Assembly (NCBI GenBank): GCA_042090785.1
Contig: JBELIP010000004.1
Location: 54,045-118,044, forward strand
Direction of reading: 5' to 3'
DNA length: 64,000 bases
DNA from: Cellvibrionales bacterium
Lineage (GTDB): Bacteria > Pseudomonadota > Gammaproteobacteria > Pseudomonadales > UBA7434
The notes beneath the pieces are model-generated. The model worked only from the letters and a program-made list of their open reading frames with translations, did no database searches and was not told where the DNA came from. The translations under genes and the position numbers were made by a program. Of the stretch, positions 41,473 through 51,234 are shown one piece after another (within the stretch, counting starts at the first letter, position 1; the number at the start of each line of letters is the position of its first letter).

Positions 41473-41475
41473 TCG

Positions 41476-41538
41476 TCTCTCTTTTAAATGCTAACTTCTC
41501 TCTTTTAAATACTATCTTCACTCTTTTAAATACTATTT
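41476..41538 (-). repeat. 3 x 21-nt tandem repeat in the fliD-fliS intergenic region (triplicated fliS ribosome-binding region)
   Basis: On the plus strand the units are TCTCTCTTTTAAATGCTAACT, TCTCTCTTTTAAATACTATCT and TCACTCTTTTAAATACTATTT. The sense strand carries AAAAGAGAGA in each unit, and only the unit nearest 41472 is followed by the ATG. Confidence 0.9.
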
Positions 41539-41604
41539 TCTATAAAACTTCTTTTTCATATTATCTGTGTTCAGTAAGTATTATTTAGCTGTTATTACTA
41601 AACT

Positions 41605-43416
41605 CTAACTATCGTTACGATTGTTGTTGGAGGATATTTGAGAAATTGAGTTCAACTGGCTCAGCAAAAAGTTACCGTTAGATTGTAAATTTGCAACGAG
41701 CAAATCAAGTGCTGCAAACTGCGCAACCAATCGATCCTGAAAAGCCGTTAAACGCTGCTCTTGTACTAATCGCTCATTACCAATACGCTCAACATCTTGG
41801 CTTAAACCTTCGGTGCGTGCATCAATAATACCCTGCTGACCACTGCCACCTAAAAAGCCTTCAACGACTGACTGCAAGCGCGTAATAACACCTTCGGGCG
41901 CATCTAATTCTGCGGCGGTAATTTCAGTAAAAAAGGCATTGCCTTCCATTAAACTAATCACTGAATCAGGGCCGGCCTCGTTAGCCGTGAGGATCATTTT
42001 TGCATCTGTACCACCAGTACCGTCGTCAACCAACACGAGTGACGCCGTTACACCTGGGTTATCGCTTGCGTTATTAATAAGGTCGCGCACACCGATTAAA
42101 GTGTTATTACCCTCAAGCGCTGAAAAACTTACGGTAAATCTCTCTTCGCCAACACCAATATCTAAATTACCTTCACCAACCTCTGTATTAACAGTGTCAT
42201 AACTCACCGATTCAAACTGACTATTTTGAGCAACCGGGTTGCCATCTGCCGCTAATAAGCGTGCAACATCATCAAAATTTGAATCAAGCAAGGCATTAAA
42301 CTTGGCACTGTTCAACGACAGCAAACCATCACGATCTATGCTGATACCAATATCACTCAACGTCCGCACACCTTCTGGCTGCGTATTATCAACCGCTGTA
42401 AAAATGGTACGACGAAGTTGCGCATCTAAAGTACGTAATACCGAATCACCAACGAGCACACCAGCACTGTTCTCGTCCTCGCTACCACCACGACCTAAAT
42501 CATCAATACTATTGGTTAAAGCATTAAAGTTTTCAATAAATTCATTAACCGCTGTTACCGCTTGCTGTGTGTTTTTCGAAACACTGACAGTACCTGCTGA
42601 TGCGGTCTCAGTGATTGCTGTAATCGATACACCGGTAACAACTTCATCAAAAGTACGGCCCGATGTTGATGTAATCGTCTGCCCGTTAACTGTAATTTGC
42701 GCATCAACGGCCGCCGTTGCTTGTGTTAAGTTCGAACCCGCGATATCACCCACATCAAAAGTCAGCTGCGATAAACCCTGCGCATCGGTATGGTTGGTAT
42801 CAATATCATTTACGCTAATACTAATTTCATTATCACTGCCGGTATCAGCCGCGTTAATCACTAACACTGGGCCACTGTCAGCGTTAATAACACTGGCCTC
42901 AACACCGGTGTTAGCTACTGATTCATTAATTGCCGCCGCAATATCATTTAGTGAGCTGTTGGCAGAATCAATGGCGACCGAAAATGAAGGCTGGCTACCC
43001 TGCTGAATAATCAGCGTGCCACCGCCAATAATAGAATCTGCACTGTTTATTGCTGTATTCGTGATATCAACAAAATGACTGCCTGTAAGCGACTGGGTTT
43101 CACCTGCTTCAAGCACTTCAATAGTGTAATTGCCTAAACCAGCATTAACTGCTGCACTCACAGTAAAAGCATCTTCATCCGAGGAGCTGGCGGTCCGTGC
43201 TTGAAAGGTACTGATATTGCCTATGGACGAAAGCGAGCCGTTGAACAGTGATACCGAACTTTTTAATAAACCATAAGCCGATATGCGCTCTGTCGCGATA
43301 GCTTCTTGTGTATCAAGGCGTCCAAAACGTAGCTGTTGTTCAGACGCCACAAGGCCATCAACCAACGTTTGCAGGTCTAACCCAGAACCAACACCAAGAG
43401 AGGAAACACTAGCCAT
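41605..43416 (-). CDS. fliD: flagellar filament cap protein FliD (enlarged, 603 aa)
   Basis: The N-terminus MASVSSLGVGSGLDLQTLVDGLVASEQ and the C-terminal FliD domain are present. The central region contains an IN-type module (LNDIAAAINESVANTGVEASVI). Confidence 0.92.
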   Translation of the reverse strand: MASVSSLGVGSGLDLQTLVDGLVASEQQLRFGRLDTQEAIATERISAYGLLKSSVSLFNGSLSSIGNISTFQARTASSSDEDAFTVSAAVNAGLGNYTIEVLEAGETQSLTGSHFVDITNTAINSADSIIGGGTLIIQQGSQPSFSVAIDSANSSLNDIAAAINESVANTGVEASVINADSGPVLVINAADTGSDNEISISVNDIDTNHTDAQGLSQLTFDVGDIAGSNLTQATAAVDAQITVNGQTITSTSGRTFDEVVTGVSITAITETASAGTVSVSKNTQQAVTAVNEFIENFNALTNSIDDLGRGGSEDENSAGVLVGDSVLRTLDAQLRRTIFTAVDNTQPEGVRTLSDIGISIDRDGLLSLNSAKFNALLDSNFDDVARLLAADGNPVAQNSQFESVSYDTVNTEVGEGNLDIGVGEERFTVSFSALEGNNTLIGVRDLINNASDNPGVTASLVLVDDGTGGTDAKMILTANEAGPDSVISLMEGNAFFTEITAAELDAPEGVITRLQSVVEGFLGGSGQQGIIDARTEGLSQDVERIGNERLVQEQRLTAFQDRLVAQFAALDLLVANLQSNGNFLLSQLNSISQISSNNNRNDS

Positions 43417-43445
43417 ATAAAAACACCTAATGCAGCTTTTTTAAG

Positions 43446-43925
43446 CTACACGTGAACGTCAAGTAAGTGGCCTTTTACTGTTGATAAATGGCCGGTTGAA
43501 CCGTCTAATTGTTCCTGTAGTTCTCTTAAAATACGCAAATTCTGTGCCAGCTGACGCAGCTTTTCACTTGGTATTTCTCGAGCAACCTCATCGGTTTGGC
43601 TATCTTTAACGACTATCACTGTTTTACCGCTATGTTCATCGACAGTAAAGCGTAAATCACGCTGAATGAACTGCACCTGTTTAGATAACTCATTCGCAAG
43701 ATCATTAAATTGCTGCTGAGTTGAGGGTTGAAAAAACGGCTGACTGACTAAATTTGAAGCAGATTGCGGCAATGTATTGCCGCTACTACCTATGACAGTG
43801 CTTATGTTAGCGCTTGAATTGCTGAATAAACGGCGCAGATTGTTATTGGTATTTTCAAAATGAAACTGTCGGCTGAAAGGATTAAACCCCTCGCCGACAG
43901 TTTGCAATACACCTATATTAGCCAT
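43446..43925 (-). CDS. flaG: flagellar protein FlaG
   Basis: 159 aa. The C-terminal LRFTVDEHSGKTVIVVKDSQTDEVAREIPSEKL is FlaG-like, and the gene sits between fliC and fliD. Confidence 0.85.
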   Translation of the reverse strand: MANIGVLQTVGEGFNPFSRQFHFENTNNNLRRLFSNSSANISTVIGSSGNTLPQSASNLVSQPFFQPSTQQQFNDLANELSKQVQFIQRDLRFTVDEHSGKTVIVVKDSQTDEVAREIPSEKLRQLAQNLRILRELQEQLDGSTGHLSTVKGHLLDVHV

Positions 43926-44036
43926 GAGAAAAACGTTAGCCTTAAAAGAAACTCTACTTCATCGCATCAGCTACTTTCCTGCTATTGAAATGGTCGCTAA
44001 AAAAGCCAAACCATTAAGCAGCTGACGCCTAAGTAT

Positions 44037-45539
44037 CTACTGAAGCAGACTTAATACTTGCTGAGGTAATGCATTGGCTTGTGCTAAAACCGAAATACCC
44101 GCTTGCTGAAGAATTTGATTCCGCGTCAAGCTTGCGGTTTCAGCAGCAAAGTCAGCATCTTGAATACGGCTTCTTGCAGCCGATACATTCTCAGATACGC
44201 TTTGTAAGTTTGAAATAGTTGATTGCAAACGGTTTTGAACCGCACCAATACCCGCACGAAGCGAATCAATACCCTGGATCGCCGCATCGACAACAGCAAT
44301 AGCTGCTTGCGCACCCGCTTGAGTACCAATATTAGCCGAAGCCACATTGCTTAATGTGCTGGCATTAGCGGTAGTCGCCGCAAATAGGCCGCCGGCGTTA
44401 GCCGAAGTCACAGTAAAGGCCGAAGCCGCACTAAATGAAACCGAACCACCCACCACAAAAGCATCATCAGCCGCAGCACTAACCACATCAGCTGCGCCTG
44501 AATTAGCACCCGATGAAGTCAAACCTTGAACGGTTAAAGAAGACCCCGTACCAACTAAGGCATCAAATGTGACGTCTCGCCCTTCTTCATTAGTTAATAC
44601 TAAAGTGCTTCCTTCAGAAAGCGCAGTTACACCAGTAACACCTGCTTGTTGATTAATCGCATCGGCTAAGCCTGATAAATCATTGGCGCTAGTCACGTTA
44701 ACCGTAATACCCGCCGCATTAAAGTTAGTTGTTGTTCCCGCTGCATCAGTAGATCGCGAACCTAAAGTAAAGGTATAGCTAGCAACTGCCACACTAGAAA
44801 TACGTACCTGAGTTCTAGCTTCGGCAGTTACGCCTGTTGTTGCCTCATTCGCATTAACCAAGCCCGCAATAGAATCTGCCGTTTGGCCAACACCAATATC
44901 CAGGGCCGGAGCCGATGTGCCTAATGGGCCACTCACTGTGAGATCTTCAGCAGCCACTACGGTATTTGCTCCCACCGCACCAGCAGCAATTGCGCTACTC
45001 AACGTACCCGTAGGCGCAACCGTGTTTGCACCAATGGCTGTAGCCCGTGCATTACCAATTGAGACACTAATGGTTTGGTTCGCCTCTGAACCCACTTGAA
45101 ATGTTTCTGTACCAAAAGAACCATCTAATAATGCGCGACCACCAAACGATGTGGTTTCCGCAATACGATTTAACTCTTGCTGTAATTGTGAGACTTCTTG
45201 CTGAAGTGCCGCTCGCTCTGTACCAGAGTTCGTGCCGTTAGCAGACTGAATAGACAGCTCACGAATGCGTTGCAGAATATTGGTTGATTCTTGTAATGCA
45301 CCCTCTGCAACCTGTGCGAGAGAGATACCATCATTCGCATTACGAATCGCTTGGTTTAAACCTCGAACCTGAGATGTAAATGCATTTGAAATAGCAAGAC
45401 CAGCAGCATCATCTCGAGCACTATTAATTCGCAGACCAGAAGATAGACGGTTAAGCGATACATTTAGGGCTTCTTGAGAACTGTTAAGGTTGCGTTGTGC
45501 TGTTAACGAAGAAATATTGGTATTAATAATCTGAGGCAT
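44037..45539 (-). CDS. fliC: flagellin
   Basis: The start is ATG 45539, preceded by AAGGAG, giving [22 protein letters not shown]. The conserved C-terminus is ...[25 protein letters not shown]. The track ORF begins 7 codons earlier at TTG. Confidence 0.95.
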   Translation of the reverse strand: MPQIINTNISSLTAQRNLNSSQEALNVSLNRLSSGLRINSARDDAAGLAISNAFTSQVRGLNQAIRNANDGISLAQVAEGALQESTNILQRIRELSIQSANGTNSGTERAALQQEVSQLQQELNRIAETTSFGGRALLDGSFGTETFQVGSEANQTISVSIGNARATAIGANTVAPTGTLSSAIAAGAVGANTVVAAEDLTVSGPLGTSAPALDIGVGQTADSIAGLVNANEATTGVTAEARTQVRISSVAVASYTFTLGSRSTDAAGTTTNFNAAGITVNVTSANDLSGLADAINQQAGVTGVTALSEGSTLVLTNEEGRDVTFDALVGTGSSLTVQGLTSSGANSGAADVVSAAADDAFVVGGSVSFSAASAFTVTSANAGGLFAATTANASTLSNVASANIGTQAGAQAAIAVVDAAIQGIDSLRAGIGAVQNRLQSTISNLQSVSENVSAARSRIQDADFAAETASLTRNQILQQAGISVLAQANALPQQVLSLLQ

Positions 45540-45676
45540 GGTGTAACTCCTTATCTGCAAATAACGAACCGGAAGAGTGGGTATAGCGTCTAAACCTAAA
45601 TCTACCTATCTAATCTAAACCTAACTGCTTGTTTGCCAGTGGCAAATAAATGCCAACTTCAAACTTAGTTACCGAT

Positions 45677-45703
45677 ATAACGGCCGCTTCTATTGAAGCT
45701 TTA
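45677..45703 (-). promoter_or_regulatory. sigma-28 (FliA) promoter for fliC
   Basis: The minus strand reads TAAAGCTT-N11-GCCGTTAT, against the consensus TAAAGTTT-N11-GCCGATAA. It lies about 115 nt upstream of the fliC ATG. Confidence 0.7.
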
Positions 45704-46038
45704 GGCTTTTTTATAAGCAAAAGTGTGAACTAGTCCAACTCATAGAAAGGTTTTGATCAATTGACCAAAAATAACAAATAGAAATAAACAGAAAGGACTT
45801 AAAAACGAGAAAAAGACATGAAAACTGTCGAGCAACATTACAAAAAACAAGATTATTGTTTGATATTTAATCGCTTATTGGAAATGAGCTTTGAATTGTA
45901 AAAACAGGCGGTTTTACAGGTTTTTTTTTATTACTCGGGTCACATTGCTTAAATTGTCAGCGCAAAAGAGGAAAAATCTTGGCCCGTAAGTAAAAAGCCA
46001 TTCATTTTCTGTCGAAGTACGCAGCCAAATAAAGAGGT

Positions 46039-47259
46039 TTAGCGAAGAAAATTAAACAGCGAAAGACTAGAGACTTTAACAAAACTTTGCTGCGCAGCCT
46101 CTAATACAAAACTTTGAAACGATAAGCGACTGACCGCCTCGGCATAATCAAGACCACGTAACTCGTCCAGTACACCGGTGCTAATTAGGTCAAGACTTTG
46201 TTGACTGGCACGGGTCGATTCCAAGGTATTTAAGCGCGCACCAATTCGGCCTCGTCCAGACAGTAAATTATCTTGGATATTACTGAGATTATTGAGTGCA
46301 TCACCAATAAACGCGCTTCTTTCGACAGGGTCGGTAAAGCTCGCCAAACTAGCGCCAATACGCTGCACTGTATTGAGCATATTTTCTTTACGCGTTGATT
46401 CAATAACAAAGGTATCCGTTGGGTTGGGAATATCACTGAACGTTACCTCCACACCGTTAATGTTAATGGGTGTCGCCAAATCGTAAGGCACATTAATACT
46501 CATTAACTGCCCATCCGATAAACGTTTTACCGAATAATTAGGGCCCACCGGTACAGCACTAGTCGTATCATTAAAAATAATGGCATAGTCTTCGGGAAAC
46601 ACCGCATCAAAAGCCGCTTGATCTACAACTAAGCCGCGACCTATTTGAACATCTGAGCTATTGTTGGCGCTCGCAGAGACCACGACGTTATTATTCACCG
46701 TAGCAATATCGGCAAACAACGCTTTACCGCTTTCGCTGCTGGCAATTTTTAGCCCATTAGCCACCTGTTCATAACGTACACCCTCATCACCTTGAAAAGC
46801 ATAGTTATCCCCTACCGCCGAAAATGCCTCTACATTGGTTTTAAAACCCGAGAAAATATAACTACCGTTTTCATCACGCGCATTGGTCAAATCGACCAAC
46901 TCTTGCAGCCGCTGATTAATTTCAACCGTAATTTGTAGACGATCTTCATTAGTTAGTGCGCCACTACCTGCCTGTATTACTAATTCACGCACACGATCAA
47001 TAACGCCTTCAACGTTATCAATTTGAATTTCTGCTCGTTGTAATCGACCTTCGACATTATCGATATTGCGCTGATATTGCTTACTGCTGGTTAACTCAGA
47101 CTCAAGTTCTAGGATTCGTGCCGATGCTACAGGATCATCAGATGGCTTAAGCACCCGTTGCCCAGATGCAATTTGCTCTTGCGTGCGGGCAACTTCACTG
47201 GAGGCATTGGTAATCCCTCTTAAACCTGTCGTATAAATTTGTGCTGACGATAAACGCAT
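46039..47259 (-). CDS. flgL: flagellar hook-filament junction protein FlgL
   Basis: MRLSSAQIYTTGLRGI... follows ATG 47259 (the track ORF starts at GTG 47268). Flagellin-like N- and C-termini. Confidence 0.9.
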   Translation of the reverse strand: MRLSSAQIYTTGLRGITNASSEVARTQEQIASGQRVLKPSDDPVASARILELESELTSSKQYQRNIDNVEGRLQRAEIQIDNVEGVIDRVRELVIQAGSGALTNEDRLQITVEINQRLQELVDLTNARDENGSYIFSGFKTNVEAFSAVGDNYAFQGDEGVRYEQVANGLKIASSESGKALFADIATVNNNVVVSASANNSSDVQIGRGLVVDQAAFDAVFPEDYAIIFNDTTSAVPVGPNYSVKRLSDGQLMSINVPYDLATPININGVEVTFSDIPNPTDTFVIESTRKENMLNTVQRIGASLASFTDPVERSAFIGDALNNLSNIQDNLLSGRGRIGARLNTLESTRASQQSLDLISTGVLDELRGLDYAEAVSRLSFQSFVLEAAQQSFVKVSSLSLFNFLR

Positions 47260-47283
47260 AAAACCCACTATTTAAGTGTCTGT

Positions 47284-47309
47284 TAATTAGGTCATGTAAT
47301 TAGGTCATG
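47284..47309. repeat. 2 x 13-nt tandem duplication (TAATTAGGTCATG) in the flgK-flgL intergenic region
   Basis: Read directly. Confidence 0.85.
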
Positions 47310-47371
47310 AAAACGTATCACTTTGCTTTAGCCCAAAGGGCGTAAGCCAAAAGAGCGTTAGAAAAAAAGCT

Positions 47372-50062
47372 TTAACGAAACGCACCTAATAATGTATCAA
47401 AAATCTCTCTTGCCACAGTAATAATTTGTGCCGAAGCAGTATAAGCCTGTTGAAATTGAATTAAGCGAGCGGCTTCTTCGTCGAGGTTCACACCTGCCAC
47501 AGAATCGCGTCTTGCTGTTGTTTGAAACAATAACGACTGCACCGCTTCGCGATCAATATTCGTGGCGCTAGTTTGCGCACCAACTTGTGAGACCAGCTGA
47601 CTATAGCCCTGCGCAACACTCATCGAACCATTATCCAATATATCGGCCGTCTGTAAGCTAGCTAACGCTAAAGCGTTACGGTTATCGCCAACACCTGATT
47701 CATTAAACCCAATTGAAAAAGTATCGCCCACATCTGGCGCACCGGCAAGACTCACCTGATAACCCAAATAAACCGGCAATGGCTGCGGGGTCGGATTGGT
47801 AAACAAACCGCCTGAGGTACTAATAGTTGACCCTGCATCCGTAATAATATCAATGCTGCCGCCGACAACCGCTTCTTGATTATTGAACACAAAAATATTG
47901 GTAGCAACGCCATTAACATTAACAATTTCAAGCCTATCATTAGCATCGGCACCAAACTCTTCAAAGCGCAGGTCAGCACCATTCACAGACCTTACCGTTA
48001 GCAAAGTGCCATCACTACTTGCGCTAATCCCACTGCCAGCAAACACCTGGTTAATACGCTCAGCAAGGCTATCGCTAGTGAGCGGGTTAGGCAGCGGACC
48101 TAATGCCGGATCGGTTAACGTCACACCATTCAAGCGAATGCGTAACAAACCTAAATCGCCGTCATCAACAATATTCAAAGTTGCTTGAGTATTTGCTGTA
48201 GCGGTTACGCCGTTTAAAGTATTAATTCGCGCGGCCGCTGTGGCCGCCGATTCATCGGCTAACAAATTAACCGAGGTAACGCTCGTTGCACCTGTCGCAG
48301 CATTAACCGTATTAACGGTAATAGTCTCAGTAGTGATTAACGGGTTCGGATCGGGATAACCATTACTCACGCCGCTGCCAATAATTCCAACTTGAGCATC
48401 AAAGACATGTGCTGCTGTTGTTGCTATATAAGTAGAACTAAAATCTTGCGGCAATAAAGCATTATTTTGGTTTGGCGCAAACGTTTGATTTCTTAACGGC
48501 GGGCTTAACTGCTGTGGATTAAGTGGGTCGCTATTATCTAACACATCATAAGTCGACGCACTGGTGAAACGAATTAACAAAGGTGGCGACAATTGGCCAC
48601 TATTGGCAAACGCCGGTAAGCTTTGCGCATCAACTTCACCAACGCGAATAATGCCGCCCTGTGAAATGACACCCGTACCCGAATTACCCAAGTTCGCATC
48701 GGCAATAATCGGCGAGCCTAAGGCCAATGATGCCGTATCCCGAACATTCACCGCCATGCTTTCAGCGGCCGACAGCGTTGGGCTAATTAAAAAACTATCA
48801 CCATTTTGAAAACTACCCGAAGTTAAATTAATAGAAAAACCTTGATCGGTCATTAACGTCTGCGGAAAGCTATTAGATAGCATACCACTAGAGACAACCG
48901 TTTGATCGCTAGCACGCACTAAAGTGTAATTCAGCGCACCCGAGCCTCCCAAATTTAAACGATATTCACTACCCGTTAATTGACCAACATCACCAATAGA
49001 TACCGATACGACACGGTCATTCGGAAAACCATTATTACTTGACGCTTTAACACGCTCACGCATTAAAGCATCGGTATTAACAGGAGTGAAAAAATCAATA
49101 CCCTGCTGACCGTTTAAATCGATACCTGCTCGGTGCTGGGCATTAAACATATCCGTTACTGCTAGCGCCAATACACCTACATTACCTTTTGCAGAATCCA
49201 ACACCTCATTTCGATAACGTAATAAACCACCCAAACTGCCACCAGAAAAACTTTCGGTAACAATTTGCAAATTGTTATTAACATCAATTGCCAGCTCAGT
49301 ACGACTTGGATCCAACGGATTATCCATAGCCACTACACGGTTGGAATTGCTTCCTAAGACTAAAGGTTGGCCGCCCCCGACAAAGACATTAATAATATTA
49401 CCGTCTTGCTCAGAAGTACTAAATGAAACCAATTCAGAAAGTTGTCGTAATGCCTCTTCGCGACGATCTAATAAATCATTGACTTGATCAGACGTAGAAA
49501 AACTCTGTGCTGCAGAAATATCGCCATTTAATTTTGCAATACTCACGGCAAGTTGATCGACCTGAGAACCAATTGAACGAATTTGGCTATTAACATTATC
49601 TGTCTGGCCACCAATTCCTGCTTGCAACACATTAAATCGTTGCGCAAGACGCTCAGCTTCACTTAAAACCAGCTGACGCGCTGGTAATGAAGTCGGCGAA
49701 TCTGCAACCGCCTGTAACGAAGAAAAAAAACTATCTAAGGCTGCAGTTAATCCCGTATTTGCGCCAGCAATAACCGAATCCAACTGGCCAATTTGTGCCG
49801 CAAAAGCGTCTAACTCGGCAAAATTTGCCGTATCAATACGTAATTGCTGAGTAATAAATTCGTTAGTAATGCGGCGTATAGTTTCCACTTCAACGCCATT
49901 GCCAACAAAACCGCCATTACCAAATTTTGGCGCATTGGTTTCAAGCACAACCTCTTGCCGGCTATAACCCTGAACATTAGCGTTAGCAATATTATGGCCG
50001 GTAGTGTTAATTGCCGTTTGGCTGGCAAGCAGACCTGTGACACCGATATTGAGCAAGCCCAT
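47372..50062 (-). CDS. flgK: flagellar hook-filament junction protein FlgK (enlarged, 896 aa)
   Basis: MGLLNIGVTGLLASQTAINTTGHNIANANVQGYSRQ at the N-terminus and the C-terminal FlgK domain are present. A large central insertion carries IN-type modules. Confidence 0.93.
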   Translation of the reverse strand: MGLLNIGVTGLLASQTAINTTGHNIANANVQGYSRQEVVLETNAPKFGNGGFVGNGVEVETIRRITNEFITQQLRIDTANFAELDAFAAQIGQLDSVIAGANTGLTAALDSFFSSLQAVADSPTSLPARQLVLSEAERLAQRFNVLQAGIGGQTDNVNSQIRSIGSQVDQLAVSIAKLNGDISAAQSFSTSDQVNDLLDRREEALRQLSELVSFSTSEQDGNIINVFVGGGQPLVLGSNSNRVVAMDNPLDPSRTELAIDVNNNLQIVTESFSGGSLGGLLRYRNEVLDSAKGNVGVLALAVTDMFNAQHRAGIDLNGQQGIDFFTPVNTDALMRERVKASSNNGFPNDRVVSVSIGDVGQLTGSEYRLNLGGSGALNYTLVRASDQTVVSSGMLSNSFPQTLMTDQGFSINLTSGSFQNGDSFLISPTLSAAESMAVNVRDTASLALGSPIIADANLGNSGTGVISQGGIIRVGEVDAQSLPAFANSGQLSPPLLIRFTSASTYDVLDNSDPLNPQQLSPPLRNQTFAPNQNNALLPQDFSSTYIATTAAHVFDAQVGIIGSGVSNGYPDPNPLITTETITVNTVNAATGATSVTSVNLLADESAATAAARINTLNGVTATANTQATLNIVDDGDLGLLRIRLNGVTLTDPALGPLPNPLTSDSLAERINQVFAGSGISASSDGTLLTVRSVNGADLRFEEFGADANDRLEIVNVNGVATNIFVFNNQEAVVGGSIDIITDAGSTISTSGGLFTNPTPQPLPVYLGYQVSLAGAPDVGDTFSIGFNESGVGDNRNALALASLQTADILDNGSMSVAQGYSQLVSQVGAQTSATNIDREAVQSLLFQTTARRDSVAGVNLDEEAARLIQFQQAYTASAQIITVAREIFDTLLGAFR

Positions 50063-50096
50063 TTATTGACCTCGACCTTTGCTATCTGCGTAAACC

Positions 50097-51179
50097 TTAT
50101 TCATACAATGGCTGCTCAGACAGTGAAACCAATGTGGCATCGAATGATTCCTTTTTGAATACATCACGCTTAAGAATATCTTGTACTTTTTCAGCGTATT
50201 TTGGATCCGTGGCATAACCCGCATTTTGTAATGCTTGAATATAGCCAGCAGCATCAGTAGCTTTTTCTAACGCGGGCTGATAACGCGATTGTGAACTGAC
50301 AAAATCAACATAGTCATTAAAGCTTTGTTCAAAAGAATTATAACGACGGAAACTCGCATTCACTTTAATTGGCTGACCGTCGTAGTACTCCAAGGTCTCG
50401 ACAGGAGTCACCGGGCCAGACCAGCGGTCGTCTGCTTTAATACCAAATAAATTAAACCCATGCTGACCATCTTTACTGCTAGGTAAATGCTGCCCCCAAC
50501 CGGTTTCTAGAGCCGCTTGTGCCAGTAGTGTAGAAGGCGCAACACCTAGCTTGCTTGCTGCTTGCTCGGCACTGTCATAGAGTTCAGTAACAAACGCTTC
50601 TGGCGATTCAAAGCGTACATTAATTGTTGCTAATGGAGTGTTTAACGCAGAGTCACTATTGGCTGGCGCAACAAACGCATTGCGTTGTTGAGTTATTCTT
50701 GCGCCTGCTAATATTTGTTCTATAGACATCGCTGCTGAGGATGAACCACTATTGTTATTCACCGAACGCTCGCCACCTAACTGACGTGACTCTTTATTTA
50801 ACGGATGTGGCTCTCCACCTAACTGACGTGACATCGGCTCAGCAAACCCCAACCCTTTACCGCGGGTTAATTCAACGCTCCATTGGTCATCTAACATTTC
50901 TTGATAAAACGCTACTTGATCACCACCAAGGTAGCTGCCTTCAGAAAAAACGTTAGTGGCGCTTCGCATATTTTTTAGCATCATGTTAACGAGTATCGAT
51001 TCAAACTGTTTTGACACTTCCGCCAGCGCGGCATTTTCATTAACCTGACCTAACTGCTTAATAGACTGCAAACCCTGTAAATCACTGTATACCGTACTAT
51101 GAGCCGAACCATGACCACTACCATACACTGCGGGTGACGCAGATATCGAACTAGCATTGATGGATGTAAGTGCTGACAT
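50097..51179 (-). CDS. flgJ: flagellar rod assembly protein / peptidoglycan hydrolase FlgJ
   Basis: Has an N-terminal rod-binding region (KQFESILVNMMLKNMR) and a C-terminal glucosaminidase domain (AALETGWG...LFGIKA...YATDPKYAEKV). Confidence 0.9.
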   Translation of the reverse strand: MSALTSINASSISASPAVYGSGHGSAHSTVYSDLQGLQSIKQLGQVNENAALAEVSKQFESILVNMMLKNMRSATNVFSEGSYLGGDQVAFYQEMLDDQWSVELTRGKGLGFAEPMSRQLGGEPHPLNKESRQLGGERSVNNNSGSSSAAMSIEQILAGARITQQRNAFVAPANSDSALNTPLATINVRFESPEAFVTELYDSAEQAASKLGVAPSTLLAQAALETGWGQHLPSSKDGQHGFNLFGIKADDRWSGPVTPVETLEYYDGQPIKVNASFRRYNSFEQSFNDYVDFVSSQSRYQPALEKATDAAGYIQALQNAGYATDPKYAEKVQDILKRDVFKKESFDATLVSLSEQPLYE

Positions 51180-51234
51180 GATTAACCTATAAAAACTTAT
51201 TTACTTCTCGCTTAATACGTTTTTGAATAATGCC

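Noticed and set aside
42239-43006. A 255-aa plus-strand ORF inside fliD. Similar long antisense ORFs occur at 12084..12764 (opposite ihfA/pheT), 55540..56037 (opposite flgE) and 21441..21839 (opposite the argF start).
   Set aside because: They lie entirely antisense to confidently identified genes. Their Ser/Thr/Leu/Pro-rich shadow-frame composition matches no recognisable motif, and they lack ribosome-binding sites. They are best explained as stop-poor antisense frames of Ala/Thr/Gly-rich genes.
45641-45656. A sigma-54-like sequence, TTGGCATTTATTTGCC, on the minus strand upstream of fliC.
   Set aside because: The GG to GC spacing is one nucleotide shorter than the strict -24/-12 spacing, and a well-matched sigma-28 promoter lies just upstream. 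It is probably not functional.
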